Assembly (NCBI RefSeq): GCF_023055435.1
Contig: NW_025964383.1
Location: 36,642,001 to 36,706,000 of the forward strand
Reading direction: 5' to 3'
Source of the DNA: Haliotis rufescens
Lineage: Eukaryota
DNA length: 64,000 bases
Part shown: positions 41,178-55,467 of the stretch, piece by piece
Numbering within the stretch: the first letter of the stretch is position 1
Layout of the letters: the number at the start of each line of letters is the position of its first letter
The notes under the pieces: generated by a model
Database searches by the model: none
The model's input: only the letters and a program-made list of their open reading frames with translations
Told to the model about the DNA's origin: nothing
Made by a program: the position numbers and the translations under genes

Positions 41178-44100
41178 TTCCACAAATACATTCCTTTGAT
41201 TCTATTGGCATTGAACCTAAGCGAACTAGTATAGCTAAGAAAGTAAAATATTCTGGTCTATCGAGAGCAAGTTTCCATAACCTATGTTCTCGTCCAGATC
41301 GTATTGTTAGATATCTTGACAGAGATAATCTGCTCAGAAGCGCATTGTTTAGTAATTGTTTTTCGTGTAGGTGAATCTTTTCTTTCACCAATTTTGACCA
41401 TAATCGTTTCTTGATGAAATTTGAACACATTATATAATCATTAACCTCGTCAGATAAATTATATTTGGAGACAAGATGTAGCATGCTGAAGATGGGTGAT
41501 TTCGTGTCCCACTTGTTCTTATTAACTAGTGTTGTTTTATATCTAAACTGTCCAAGTCGGGCTAGAAACATTTGTTTGAAAATATACATTAGGTTTGAAT
41601 TACATAGCTTACCAAGGAGCAAAAGCTTTTGTTGATCAATGTATCCTTGAACTGATATAACACCAATTGTGTCTCTCTCTATTTCTTTGGGCATACGCTT
41701 ATTAAAACCCTGGATTTTCTTACAGAAATAGCGTTGAGTGATTTCTAGCATTTCATATTCCTTTAAGGATAGGTTTCCCCACACATTACATCCATATAAG
41801 CCACAGGGTAATATCACTCGTTGCCAGATGCGCACGGCGGCTATAGGATTAAGTCCATCAAAGTACAGGCCAGAATCATGGTTTACATTTATCAATTTTC
41901 TCAGTTTTTCACATGCTAACCTCGTTCTTTCTACCGAAGTTTTAGCAGTACTTATGTACACTCCCGCATAGACAATTGCCTTTTGAACAGGTAACTTTAT
42001 CTTACCAATGTAAAGATGTTCAGGCGACACTGTTTTTTTACTACATCCAAAAGTTAGGACAGCACTTTTGAACACATTGTATTTTAACTGCCACTTGTTA
42101 CCATAATTTTCTGCAACGTTTAGGAGCATTTGAAGACCTGTTGTGTTACAGCTGATCAAGGTCGTGTCGTCTGCTAACAGTATTCCTGGGCATCGTCCCC
42201 ATGGGAGACATAGTCCACAACCGGAATTGCTTAGTTCATGAAGCAAATCGTTTATATAAAGAGTAAAGAGCCATGCTGATATGACACGACCCTGACCTAT
42301 ACCCTGTTTAACAGGGAAAACATCAGATTTGAAGCCGGCAAAGCTAACACATGAGTACATAGAATTGTAAGATAAACGTAGAATTCTTCATAATTTACCA
42401 TTGATACCAAATTTATGTAATTTGTAGAAGAGACCGTCAAGCCAAACACGATCGAAGGCTTTATCGTTATCGAGGAAGGCACAATAAACTGGTGAGTTTC
42501 TTTCGTTAAAATATGAAATACATTCTAGAAGAGTGAGAGCCGCCGTTTCAGCACCAGCATTTTTTCTAAATCCAAACTGTAGTGGGTGAGGGAATGCTAC
42601 ATCATCGCTTGTCCATTTTTCGATCCTGTTGAGAAGCATTCTTTCGAAAAGCTTACTTAGGACTGAAGTTAGTGTTATGCCCCTGTAGTTAGATGGATCA
42701 CTTTTACTTTTTCCTCGTCCCTTATGTACTGGTAAGATTTCGCCAATATGATACATTTTGGGTATATATTCATGTTTAATGATAGCATTGAATAATACCA
42801 TAATATGCTTTAATAAAGATCTTCCCGCATACTTAATATGTTCGTTTGTGAGCCCATCAGGTCCTGGAGATTTATTGTTTTTCAGTCCGTTAACTGTACT
42901 TAATACCTCTGCAATGGTGAATGGTCTCTTCAATGGATGGTTAGCAGTTACATCGTTATCAGCATCAGATGTTTCGTTGTTTTTCAATATTTTTGACTGA
43001 GCATATTACTTCAACAGCAAAAGAGCAGTCAAAATGACTTTCCATGGTTGGGATTGACAAGTCTCGAAAGTATTTACCAAAGATTCCCCGAATACCTTCC
43101 GCGTTACTACTTTGATTATATTTATAAAGAAGTTTGTGTACTTGGCCCTTAGTTTTGTGATATCGTTTTGCAGTTTTAAAGTTTCATGTACATCTATTTC
43201 AGCTGCCTCATAGAGTTCTTTCAGTCTGCAATCTATGAGCGATTGTTTGGATCTACGATGCTGTCTTCTAAAACTACGCTTTGCTTCTTTATATTTAACA
43301 AAGTTCTCATCGTTCTTAGCATGTGACCTGCCATTCTCTTGCCAATGTCGTCTTTTACTGCGCATTTCATCATGTAATAACTTCAGGTTGTCTTTTTTCA
43401 GGTAGGGTTTGAGGTAGGGTTTAAACTTCGTTAATGGGATACTTACTGCAGTAGATGCATGGAGGGCATCTGTAATGTACTTATTATACGTTTCAATATA
43501 TTCATTATGGGATGGGAATTGGGACAACTTGCATATGTCTTCACGAAAGTAATTTTCAGTTTCATAGCGGTACAGCATAAGATCAGTATCACACGCTTTC
43601 TTCCAATTGAGCTTATATCCACCATATGGTTTTTTAGGACAGTCATTTGTTATACACAGAAGGATAGGCAGATGGTCTGAGACAGTATATGGTATATCGG
43701 TATCAATTGTATAACCAATAACGTTATTTAGATAATCAACACTCACAAACATATAGTCTATCATTGTTCTCACATCTTTACATTTGTTTGAGAACGTATA
43801 CTTAGTAATATCGTCTAATGGTACAACTGAATTTAGGGTTCGTTCATTTAGTACCCTTTGAAGACAGCGAGATCTCATTCTTTGGACAGCAGATTGTCGT
43901 ATATCTGCATTAAAATCTCCAGTAAGAATAGTAAGACCATATTGCGAGTATATGTCATACAATTCCATCACATAATCCAGCTGTTCGAAGTATACACTGT
44001 CTAGGATGTTAGGGGAAGGTAATCTCGTTCCTATCACATATAATGTGTTACTACCTATTTGTAGACTTACTCCGATTACATTTTGGCTTTGTGATGTATT

Positions 44101-46000
44101 GATTACGGATACCCTACACCAATCGCCTTTACGTATGAATGTTGCTATACCACCTGACCCACGCTGAGAAGTACTGGTACAGCTGCATTTATAGTAAACA
44201 TCAAAATCATCATGTATAGTGTTCATAAGGGAGGCATTTTGTTCACTTAACCAATGTTAAGTCACAAAGAATAGATCTGTGCTGTCTAGTCTGGTACATA
44301 ACTGATGTGTACCGTGCATAATGCCTCGTATGTTCCAAGTTGCTATTCGAAGCATACCGAGTAGTAACAGTGCACTATGTATAATGTTTATTGTTAGTAT
44401 GGCTTTTCATTCTCGGCTCCTGAGTTGTCATATGTATACCAAGAACTTTTTGGTACCCATTCTCTGCAGTTAACATTTTCAGGCCAGAACGTTTCATCGG
44501 CCAATATTGCTTTTGCACATTGTGTTGGCATATTTACACGTATTGTGTAAGTTGAATTTCGGCCTTCCCAATGCTTAAGGAGCTTCATATAACTAATTGT
44601 AACACCACGCTGTGTTGCATAGTCCTTGATCGCGTCTTGTACAATTTCAAAGGGCATGTCAGCTTTTACATAAGACAGAACAAGCCTCTTTTGTTTAAAG
44701 CGAGAGGCCCCAGAGAAGGCTTTTTTTCCACTGATCGTTCAGCTGGACTGTCCTTGATTGGCTTGTATGATTTTCTTCACTGGGGCTTTCGCATACAATA
44801 GTAAGGGACGGTTCATTGTTCGTGTGGTCACGAGATATTTCTTGTCGCGAGTGTCTCACATTGTTTGGCTTTTGTCTGTGGTCTCGGATTGTTGAGTTTG
44901 TTGATCTAGATGGGTCACCATCACTAATTGCTGGACAATGAGCTGCTGCTTGGGTTGTTGCTGTATTTTCAAATGTCACACGCAGGTCATCAGGATTCGC
45001 ACTTTTTACGGCTTCTGAGTACAATAGCTTACTTCTGGTGCTCATACAATCTATTTTCCCATCTATAGCAGACGTTCGTTTATCAATTGTTGATATTCTT
45101 GTATGTAGAGTTTCTTGGAGCTCTTTAATATCTACATTCTTACGTTATGAAAACAAGTTCTTTGTTCTTTTCCTCTAATGCAGTAATCATGTGAAACATG
45201 TCCTCTTCATATTTAGACTGGAAATCGTTCATTTTATCATAGATGACTGTAAAGCGTTCATTCATCTCTTCATGCATACACATTAGTTTTGAGAGGAAAC
45301 ATACAAGCACATCTTTGTCTTTATCATCCACAAGTTCAGTGTTTTCGTCAGATACTTCGTTACCGTGAGCACGTGATTTCTGTCGACTCATGACTTCCGA
45401 TTAAATAACTTGAGCAGGCACAGACCCAGTAATATAGCTATAGAGCAGGTACACATCTGATGCATATTTCATAAGCACACTTTTAGTCTGGCCGGCTCTT
45501 TTCACCCTCTTTATAAGGGCACCATCTGGAAAGTCAGGTTTTTCACTCTTTGCAATGTCATACAGTGAGAAACGAATGTCATTTAGTTGGTTTTCCTCAT
45601 CCGTGTATATCGTAGTCAACTTAGTTTCACATGTCTGTCTATCATACCCACTAAGTGTGTCGCGTAGCTCATTTAGGATACCATAGTCCAGAGAGTCGGG
45701 TTCCTGTGTAGAGTATCGTGGAGAACTGGTGTTGCTCATACTTTCAGCTAGTACGGACAATAGAAATAAAGTGAGTTACTTTCAGGTTGATGGATCCAAA
45801 TGTAGTAAGGTCCACATGGTATACATCCAATAATCCAAATGAGAATAAATCACACACCCTCTGAAGGACTTGCAAACTTCATATTCTTTCCACTGTCCAG
45901 TGAAGATCATATATAACATGTAGCTCCCTGTAAGCTTACACGGACGCTCAGGTCGAGGGAGGCAACACAAGCACGTCCTCACTCCACGGTGGCTTGGGTA
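41178..46000 (-). mobile_element. APE-type non-LTR retrotransposon (LINE) with ORF1 and EN-RT ORF2, frameshifted and 3'-truncated
   Basis: ORF1 pieces at 45760-44394. EN: MLRIATWNIRG (44355), TGDFNA, IDY, SDHLPI. RT: KSPGPDG, NYRGITL, QFGFR, KAFDRV, QG, ADD. Ends at ECICG, running straight into satellite. Clade not resolved. Confidence 0.93.
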
Positions 46001-47004
46001 AGTGTAGTGTAGTGTAGTGTAGACCGTGGTGTAACCTGTTACATACGCAGTTAATGTAGTGGGGTGTAGTGCAGTGTAGACCGGGGTGTAACCTGTAACA
46101 CATTCAGTAGTGTAGTGTAGTGTAGTGTAGTGTAGTGTAGTGTAGTGTAGTGTAGTGTAGTGTAGTGTAGTGTAGTGTAGTGGAGTGTAGACCGTGGTGT
46201 AGACCGTGGTGTAACCTGTTACATACGAAGTGTATTGTAGTGTAGTGTAAACCGTGGTGTAACCTGTTACCAAGCAGTGTAGTGTAGTGTAGTGTAGTGT
46301 AGTGTAGTGTAGTGTAGTGTAGTGTAGTGTAGTGTTGGGTAGACCGTAGTGTAACCTGTTACACACTCAGTAATTTAGTGTAGTATAGTGTAGTGCAGTG
46401 TAGTCCGTGGTGTAACCTGTTACATACGCAGTTAGTGTAGTGTAGTGTAGTGTAGTGTAGTGTAGTGTAGTGTAGTGTAGACCGTGGTGTAACCTGTAAC
46501 ATACGAAGTGTAGTGAAGTGTAGTGTAGACCGTGGTGTAACCTGTTACATACGCAGTGTAGTGTAGTGTAGTGTAATGTAGTGTAGTGTAGACCGTGGTG
46601 TAACCTGTTACATACGCAGTTGGTGTAGTGTAGTGTAGTGTAGTGTAGAACGGGGTGTAACCTGTGACATACGCAGTGTAGTGTAGTGTAGTGTAGACCG
46701 TGGTGTAACCTGTTACACACTTAGTTAGTGTAGTGTAGTGCAGTGTAGACCGTGGTGTAACCTGCTACATACGCAGTTAGTGCAGTGTAGTGTAGTGTAG
46801 TGTAGTGTAGAGTAGACCGTAGTGTAACCTGTTGCACACTCAGTAAGTGTAGTGTAGTATAGTGTAATGCAGTGTAGACCATTGTGTAACCTGTTACACA
46901 CTCAGTTAGTGTAGTGTAGTATAGTGTAGTGTAGTATAGTGTAGTGTAGTATATTGTAGTGTAGTGCAATGTAGGCCGTAGTGTAACTTGTTACATACGC
47001 AGTG
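46001..47004. repeat. (TAGTG)n satellite with the ~28-bp motif (right arm)
   Basis: Same motif and orientation as 40443-41177. Confidence 0.95.
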
Positions 47005-47023
47005 CTAACTAGACGAATCTCTC

Positions 47024-47553
47024 GTTTGGAAGAGGGATAACTATAACGTGTGTATTTGTATCAACATACCGCAATGACAAATTTGACACGGAGCTCTTAC
47101 ATTTCTTTCAGATAAACAGCGAATATCAAACAATAGTTATCATTGTTAATAATTCAAAGAATATTATCTCTATTACAGTTTTGCCATAAATCCTGTATTT
47201 TGGCTTCAGTCACACCAACTAATGTTTTCAGATTTTCAATGACGTCCTCTTCACTGTCAATCACACACACTTAGTTGTTCCCAAATAGCATCGTAACCTA
47301 CCAAGCTATGACGTGTGCAATTGCGGAAACCTCACTTTTCCCCCACATCTAACTACCACTGGTGATAGAGGTAGATGAATTGGGGAGGTGGGTGGGAGTA
47401 CTTCTGATGTAATAGAGGTAGTTTTCTTTGAATTATTAACAATGATAACTATTGATCGATAATTACATCTTTGCCAGAATAAACCAGAGGGACCCGGTGG
47501 GACCTGCCTTTAGTAACTGCCTGTGTAATTGACAGTTATCCTCTTCTGGAAAC
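47024..47553. mobile_element. Fold-back/MITE-like element with long imperfect inverted repeats
   Basis: caatagttatcattgttaataattcaaagaa (~47131) is the reverse complement of ~47425-47456. gaagagggataact pairs with agttatcctcttc. An internal part recurs inverted at ~57425-57510. Confidence 0.7.
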
Positions 47554-47988
47554 CATGCATTATTCACTGATTCTAATCCTGACTCGAGATAATTTGCTCT
47601 GAAATTCCCCCTGAGGACATGAAAATCAGACATGTATCAAGAATCAGTCAAATATGTGATACCTTCACTAGAATAACCATTATATTTGCTGATCTTGTTT
47701 GTAGTATTGATGTCTGTTCTGGTCTATTCCTACTCAATGATGTCATTTCTTGTTAAATTTGGATGTGACACTAATACCATTGCGGACGTCACTTCCGGTG
47801 CTGACGTCACTTTTATTGAGTAATGACGTCTCTCAAGCCCTTTTATTGGGTAATGACATCTCTCAAGGTCTATTTCTACCAAAGACGTCATTTCCTCATT
47901 AGATGGACCTTACAATACCATTTCCAGTGCTGGCGTCACTTCCGGTTATTGTCTCACTTCTCGTGATGTCGTCACTTTTTATGAGCTG

Positions 47989-50951
47989 AGCCGGATCCGA
48001 GACGTGGTGTGGAATTCTGAGCCTGTGTATAACTTGCTGCAACGGTAGCGTGTGGCCTTGGTTATGTCTTTGTTGTAATGAGTCTTGCAGAATATAAAGA
48101 GTCTCCTTCGATGGCGTCTATATGGGTCTGTAGCCCAGAGGTAGAACTTGGGAGCTCTGAAGGGACATAAAAGTCCGGGTGATCCACTGTTGGTTCCAAA
48201 GCAGGAATGGAATAGGGTCTATGGCCCAACGAACCCAACGTGGTAGATTGATTCTTGGCTTCAAACTCTGGGAGTGATCTTAGAGTTATTGAGGTCCAAT
48301 GTTGATCATTGGTGAGACTAGAAAAGTCCATAGCATGGAATTCTGAAACTCTTGCTGCTGCCGCCATGGCAAGGAGGAAGGAAGCTTTCCTGGATTTTTG
48401 GAGTAAGGTAGCCTAAGCCAGGGGCTCGTAAGGTTCCATGTCGGAATTTATTGTTCTGACGTAGATGTTGTAGAAATTCCGCTACCATTGGGATAGACAT
48501 AGCATTAGTTATAATCCCTTGTCGTAGAACAAAGGGTATGTCTCTGCTTGTGCCGTATTTCATCAAAAAACTCCAATAAAACCAGGCCTATAATCGTGCG
48601 CATGTGCCACTGGGAAGACAAGTGGCACTCAGTGAAACTTAGGAGTGTACTGAAACAGAATGGGATAGGAATCGCTAATGGCCTGTCAAACCAACAGAGA
48701 CAGGAACTGTACAAGCTTCGTAGTGAGAACCCTAACACTAGATACTACTACAAGGAGAATAAGCTCGTCGAGGAACCTAAGGAGGACAGTGTACAGAATT
48801 CACAGGATAATATCAGCCAGCAGGACAAACCTCCCAGGCGACAGCTTAGATCCTACTCTCACGCTGCCTCTAGGGGACAGTCGAGCTAGAGGTGTAGTCA
48901 GGGCCGAGTAAGAGACAATGTACATACTTCTAGTGATTGTAGGACGCTTCATCAAGAATCTGTGGACCTATTTGACAATCAACTTGTAAGTAAGGAAAAT
49001 CTTGTGAAATTTGTGATTCTGGAATATTTCTGGAATATAGGGTAAATTAAGTGACTCTTACTTCTGTAGCTATGTACAAAACTTTGACATCATTGGAATT
49101 ACAGAAACATGGTGTAAGGATCTCAATTTAGGTAATGTTTTTCAAAATTATGAAATCATTAACAAAGAGGCAAATAAATTATCATCTTATGGCAGACTTT
49201 CTGGTGGCATTTTAGTTATGGCTAGAAAAGAATTGTCTAAATATGTAAGATGGACAAAAAATTCTGAAAATGCAATTTTCGTACTATTTGACAAACAACT
49301 TTTTGGAACAGAATTAGATTTGCTTTATGCTTGTGTGTACATACACCCAGAGAGTTCCTCATGGTATGATAAGTTTAGTTCTAATTGCAAAAATGGTGTC
49401 ACTCTTTTTCAAGAGAAACTACTTACAATATTATCAGAATTGGATGATGTACATGTATTAGCCGGATCCGAGACGTGGTGTGGAATTCTGAGCCTGTGTA
49501 TAACTTGCTGCAACGGTAGCGTGTGGCCTTGGTTATGTCTTTGTTGGAATGAGTCTTGCAGGATATAAAGAGTCTCCTTCGATGGCGTCTATATGGGTCT
49601 GTAGCCCAGAGGTAGAACTTGGGAGCTCTGAAGGGACATAAAAGTCCGGGTGATCCACTGTTGGTTCCAAAGCAGGAATGGAATAAGGTCTATGGCCCAA
49701 CGAACCCATCGTGGTAGATTGATTCTTGGCTTCAAACTCTGGGAGTGATCTTAGAGTTATTGAGGTCCAATGTTGATCATTGGTGAGACTAGAAAAGTCC
49801 ATAGCATGGAATTCTGAAACTCTTGCTGCTGCCGCCATGGCAAGGAGGAAGGAAGCTTTCCTGGATTTTTGGAGTAAGGTAGCCTAAGCCAGGGGCTCGT
49901 AAGGTTCCATGTCGGAATTTATTGTCCTGACGTAGATGTTGTAGAAATTCCGCTACCATTGGGATAGACATAGCATTAGTTATAATCCCTTGTCGTAGAA
50001 CAAAGGGTATGTCTCTGCTTGTGCCGAGAGACATTGAGAGGGCCCGCCGTATTTCATCAAAAAACTCCAATAAAACCAGGCCTATAATCGTGCGCATGTG
50101 CCACTGGGAAGACAAGTGGCACTCAGTGAAACTTAGGAGTGTACTGAAACAGAATGGGATAGGAATCGCTAATGGCCTGTCAAACCAACAGAGACAGGAA
50201 CTGTACAAGCTTCGTAGTGAGAACCCTAACACTAGATACTACTACAAAGGGAATAAGCTCGAGGAACCTAAGGAGGACAGTGTACAGAATTCACAGGATA
50301 ATATCAGCCAGCAGGACAAACCTCCCAGGCGACAGCTTAGATCCTACTCTCACGCTGCCTCTAGGGGACAGTCGAGCTAGGGGTGTAGTCAGGGCCGAGT
50401 AAGAGACAATGTACATACTTCTAGTGATTGTAGGACGCTTCATCAAGAATCTGTGGACCTATTTGACAATCAACTTGTAAGTAAGGAAAATCTTGTGAAA
50501 TTTGTGATTCTGGAATATTTCTGGAATATAGGGTAAATTAAGTGACTCTTACTTCTGTAGCTATGTACAAAACTTTGACATCATTGGAATAACAGAAACA
50601 TGGTGTAAGGATCTCAATTTAGGTAATGTTTTTCAAAATTATGAAATCATTAACAAAGAGGCAAATAAATTATCATCTTATGGCAGACTTTCTGGTGGCA
50701 TTTTAGTTATGGCTAGAAAAGAATTGTCTAAATATGTAAGATGGACAAAAAATTCTGAAAATGCAATTTTCGTACTATTTGACAAACAACTTTTTGGAAC
50801 AGAATTAGATTTGCTTTATGCTTGTGTGTACATACACCCAGAGAGTTCCTCATGGTATGATAAGTTTAGTTCTAATTGCAAAAATGGTGTCACTCTTTTT
50901 CAAGAGAAACTACTTACAATATTATCAGAATTGGATGATGTACATGTATTA
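47989..50951. repeat. Tandem duplication (47989-49460 and 49460-50951) of a DIRS-YR/LINE chimeric junction
   Basis: Near-identical 1471- and 1491-bp units differing by a 23-bp and a 3-bp indel plus a few substitutions. Confidence 0.95.
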
Positions 50952-53900
50952 TGTGGTGGTGATTTCAATGCCAGAACTGGAACTAAATCTGACTTTGTTG
51001 AAGATGACATAATAGAGTATACTGAAAATCATAATTACTTCTTGTCTGATCTTATATCGGATTACTTCAATCTTGAACGCTTTTCTCTAGATAGAGTTTT
51101 AAACAGCTTTGGAAAATGTTTAACCGATTTATGTTCAGTTCTGAATATTCATATCTTGAATGGAAGATGTGGTAGAGATAAACATGTCGGTGACTTTACT
51201 TTTATTGGTGTAAATGGTACCAGTGTAATTGACTATATTAGAGCCTCTTCACCATTATTTGTCAATGTTGGAGACTTTGGTGTAGAATTTCGCTCAGACT
51301 CAGGTTACCTTCCAGTTACTATGACATTAAGAGTACCTGAAACACACCAACCCTCAAAACAAAGGAATGATCAGGCTACTAAATCTTTCAAATTTGTCTG
51401 GGATAATGACAAATCACAACATTTTAGCGATCAACTCTTTTCTGACCAAGTTCAAGATTTACTTGATAAATCAGTAAATACAGCATTGTCCAATATTGAT
51501 GTAAGTATTATTTACTTAGTGGATGCCTTGAAATTAGCGGGCTCAGACATGCAAAAAATGGTTAGAAATCCAAAGCTTAATCAATTGTGTAAATGGTATG
51601 ATGCAGAATGTGAGGGTCTTAAAAAGAAAAGATGTAGGGCACTCAATAAATTCAGGAGATGTAAAGATAAAGACTCACTTAGAGAATATCATAACATAAG
51701 AAACAAATATATAGCTGTGTGCAAAGAAAAGAAACAAGAATATTTACATGATAAGCAACAATCCTTAGAAAATAACATTTATGACTCTAAACTATTTTGG
51801 TCAGAACTGAAAAGTCTAAGCAAACATCAAAAGGCAAATGATATCAACATTAAGGATTGGTACATCTACTTTAAAGAATTATTTACTTTCACAGATACTG
51901 ATCAGAGCCCTGAAAATCAGTTCCAGGAGTAAAAAGATAATACTCAGACTCAAACAGATACTCAGTTTGCAAATGATATACTGGATTCCCCTATTACCAG
52001 AGATGAGATTTTAGAGAGTATACACCATCTTAAATGCAACAAATCACCAGGAATGGATCAGATTATTCTTGAGTTTTTAAACATTCCTCAGATATCATTG
52101 TACCGTACCTTGAACTTATATTTAATGTTATATTAGTAAATGGAACATGTCCAGATGCATGGTCAGTAGGGATGATTGTGCCAATACATAAACAAGGTGA
52201 TCTAAATCATATCAACAATTACAGAGGTATTTCACTGCTAAGTATATTTGGTAAGCTATTCACAAACATAATGAATAAAAGGTTAGTGTTTTTGGCAGAT
52301 ACCCTCAACAAAATCAATGAAGAACAAGCTTGATTTAGAGAGGGCTATTCAACTATTGACAACATTTTTATCCTTCAAGTTTTAGTTAACAAATACCTCA
52401 GTGTCCAGGGTGGGAAACTTTATGTGCTCTTCGTTGACTTTGCCAAGGCATTTGACTCAGTGCAGAGACATAATCTGTGGAACCTTTTAAGATCACATGG
52501 CCTCAGCCTTAAGATTAACAAACTATTAGGAAGCATTTACGCGAATATTAATGTGTATGTGCGAAACAATAATGATATTTCAGAAACATTTATTAGTCAG
52601 TTAGGAGTAAGACAAGGATGAATCTTAAGCCCATTTCTCTTTACCTTTTTCATAAATGAACTGGCTGTACAAATAAGTGCCAACTGTAATTATGGTGTTC
52701 AGCTCCATCCAGATATTACACAGATATTTTAACTTTTATTTGCAGATGATATTGCTCTCTTTTCATCATCAATCAAAGGACTGCAGTGTCAAATTAATGA
52801 ACTTGAAAGTTACTGCAATAAATGGAAGCTAACAGTAAACATGAGTAAAACAAAAGTTTTGGTATTTAAGAATGGAGGTCATTCAGCAAGTAAAGAATAT
52901 TGGTCATTTAAAGGACAAAAAATTGAAACTACAGGATTTTATAAATATCTTGGTGTTTACTTCAGTAGAAACTTGTGATGGCATAAACATTTGTATCAAG
53001 CTGCTTTACAAGCAAGAAAGGTCTTTGTAAGTATCCATAAGAGTTTAAAAGTTTTCGAAACCATTTCTCATCAATCATTTTTTTAAACATTTGATATAAA
53101 TATACTCCCCATTTAGTTGTATGGGGCAGAAGTCTGGGGTTTACATCACTTTGATGCCATAGAAAAGATTCATTTATATGCTTCCAAAAGTATTTAGGCG
53201 TTAAAATAAACACTACCAGCTTGGTGGTGTATGGAGAATGTGGAAGATTCCCTCTCTATGTATATTCAAATATAAAAGTTATTAAATGCTGGCTGAGACT
53301 GATTGACATGCCCTCATATAGATTGCCAAAAAAGTGTTATAATATGATGACAGTTTATGATAATAATGGGAAAAGAACTGGTTACAGGTGTTAGAGAATT
53401 ACTTTTCAGTTGTAGCTTTGGTGATATTTGGCAAAACCAAAATGTGTATTCCAAATCAATGTTTATACTTTCATTAACCCAGAGATTAAAGGATATTTAT
53501 TTACAATCTTGGACTGCATCATTGACTCTAACAAACAAGTGCTCTTATTACAAAATGTTTAAATCAGAAATAATTATGGAAGATTATTTATCAAAAGTTA
53601 ATGTTAAAAAATTTCGAACGGCTCTTTCACGTTTTAGATGTTCTTCTCACGACCTTTTAATAGAAACAGGGTGCTATGTTAACATTCCCCGTGAAGAAAG
53701 AATCTGTAATCCATGTAGTTTAAACTCAGTAGAAGATAAATGATATTTCTTACTTGTATGTCCAGTGTATTTACACCTTAGAGAAAAATACCTGCAAGCT
53801 TATTATTACAGGTACCCTAATATTATTAAATTTGTTACACTGCTGTCAAACACAAAAAGAAGTATCTTACAAAATGTTTCCATGTACATATATTATGCCT

Positions 53901-54292
53901 CTTTATACCGACAGAACCTTATGAAAGAATAATCTTAGCTGCTTGTTATTAGGAAACTATTGTGTATATACATTAAGTACATATTTATAGATATTGGTCA
54001 TCTGAAAAAACTACAAACAAAAGAGTTAGAAATGGTATTAAACTATTAGGCTGTCATATGATATTGTGGGACGTGATATTACAAATTGTTTAGTATAGTT
54101 ATATGTATATGAAATGACATGATGTGACATGACATGATGTGATATTATATGATAAGTGTTGTGGTGTGATATGATACATGAGGGGATATGATGCAATATG
54201 TTATGTTTATTAAAGAAATTGTGTAAATACTGTTTTTAGTGTACATATTATATGGCTTGCGGTCTTCCAGTGTTGAATAAATATTGATTGAT
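50026..54292 (+). mobile_element. 5'-truncated decayed LINE, RTEX-like (ORF1 end, EN, RT, C-terminal cysteine motif, 3' UTR)
   Basis: ORF1 DIERARR...RPIIVR. EN GDFNARTG, SVIDY. RT FVDFAKAFDSV, GVRQG, FADD, LYGAEVWG. C-terminal LSRFRCSSHDL.IETG...EERIC..C. Ends AATAAA plus (TGAT)n. Several stops. Clade assigned from recalled motifs. Confidence 0.9.
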
Positions 54293-54720
54293 TCATATGA
54301 TATAAATTAGCATGGAATGACATGGCATCATATGGTATGATATGATAAGATATGATGGGACAAGCTATGAAATTGCTAATGTGTTGTGTGATATTACATG
54401 CTGAAATGTGATATAATATAGGTGTGATATATGATATATGGTACGATGGTACATGTATGTATGGTATGTTATGGTATGATAATGGTATATGAAATAATAC
54501 TATATAGTATGATCTTATAATAATGATACAATATGATATAATGTTATAGAATATGTTGTATGATATAACAAGTTGTGATATGGTAAAATAGAAATTATGA
54601 AATTACAGGGTATGGTATTGTACTGTATGTGTGAAATTATGCCACTGTGTTGAGATTTGGTGATTTGGTGATTTGGTGAGATATGTACATAAATTGTATA
54701 AAATTGTATATTCTTCAAAT
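54293..54720. repeat. Degenerate (ATATG)n-like low-complexity tract
   Basis: Runs of tgata, tggta and atatg. Confidence 0.7.
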
Positions 54721-55467
54721 TGTACTATAGGCATGTGGCCTCTTCAGTACGTGAAATAAAGATTGATGATCCCTTGTCGTCCTCTCCACTGTACCATCAG
54801 TTGTTATTTATAAGGGATGATGAAGGTCTCCATTATCTTACCACAGCTTCTGAGGCAAGCTCAGAATATCCGGATGACTGCATTTGCTGCGTGATAATTT
54901 CCAAGCAGTTAGATGTAGGTATTGTTTTTATAGATGTCATGGAAAATGCTGGACTTGGGTTGTCGTAACAGATCTCGATGGAGAGGTAACTGGATAGGTT
55001 CCATTAGTAGTCTTAGTAATCTGGGGAACCACGCTCTGCTTGGCCATATTGGTGCTATCAGGATTATTATGCGATCCGTCTCCTCCACCTTGTGGATGCC
55101 GTTGTCTAGGAGAGACCATTGTGGGAATGCGTATGCAAATGAACCCGTCCAGTCCATCGATAGTGCGTCAATCTGGTGAGCTCTTGGGTCGGGAACTGGA
55201 CTGACATAAGTTGATGGTTCTGACAGGTGGCAAGTATATCTAGGTGTGGTGTGTCCCATAACGTGGTTATCTAAGCAAAGATCTGGGGATGTAAACCCTA
55301 TTCTGTTGCTACTATTTTCCCCTGGCAGAAAGGCTGTCGGCAGGGATGTTCAGTTTCAAGGTATATGTCTCTTTCCATCCAGCAAATGAAGGAATCTGCT
55401 GAGACAAACAATCGTGTAGTCTCCGTCATCAGGGAGCTGAATCTGGTTCCTGCTTGTTTCTGGATGT

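Noticed and set aside
40443-47004. CRISPR-like repeat-spacer appearance
   Set aside because: The spacers are microsatellite runs rather than unique sequences, there are no cas genes, and the context is eukaryotic.
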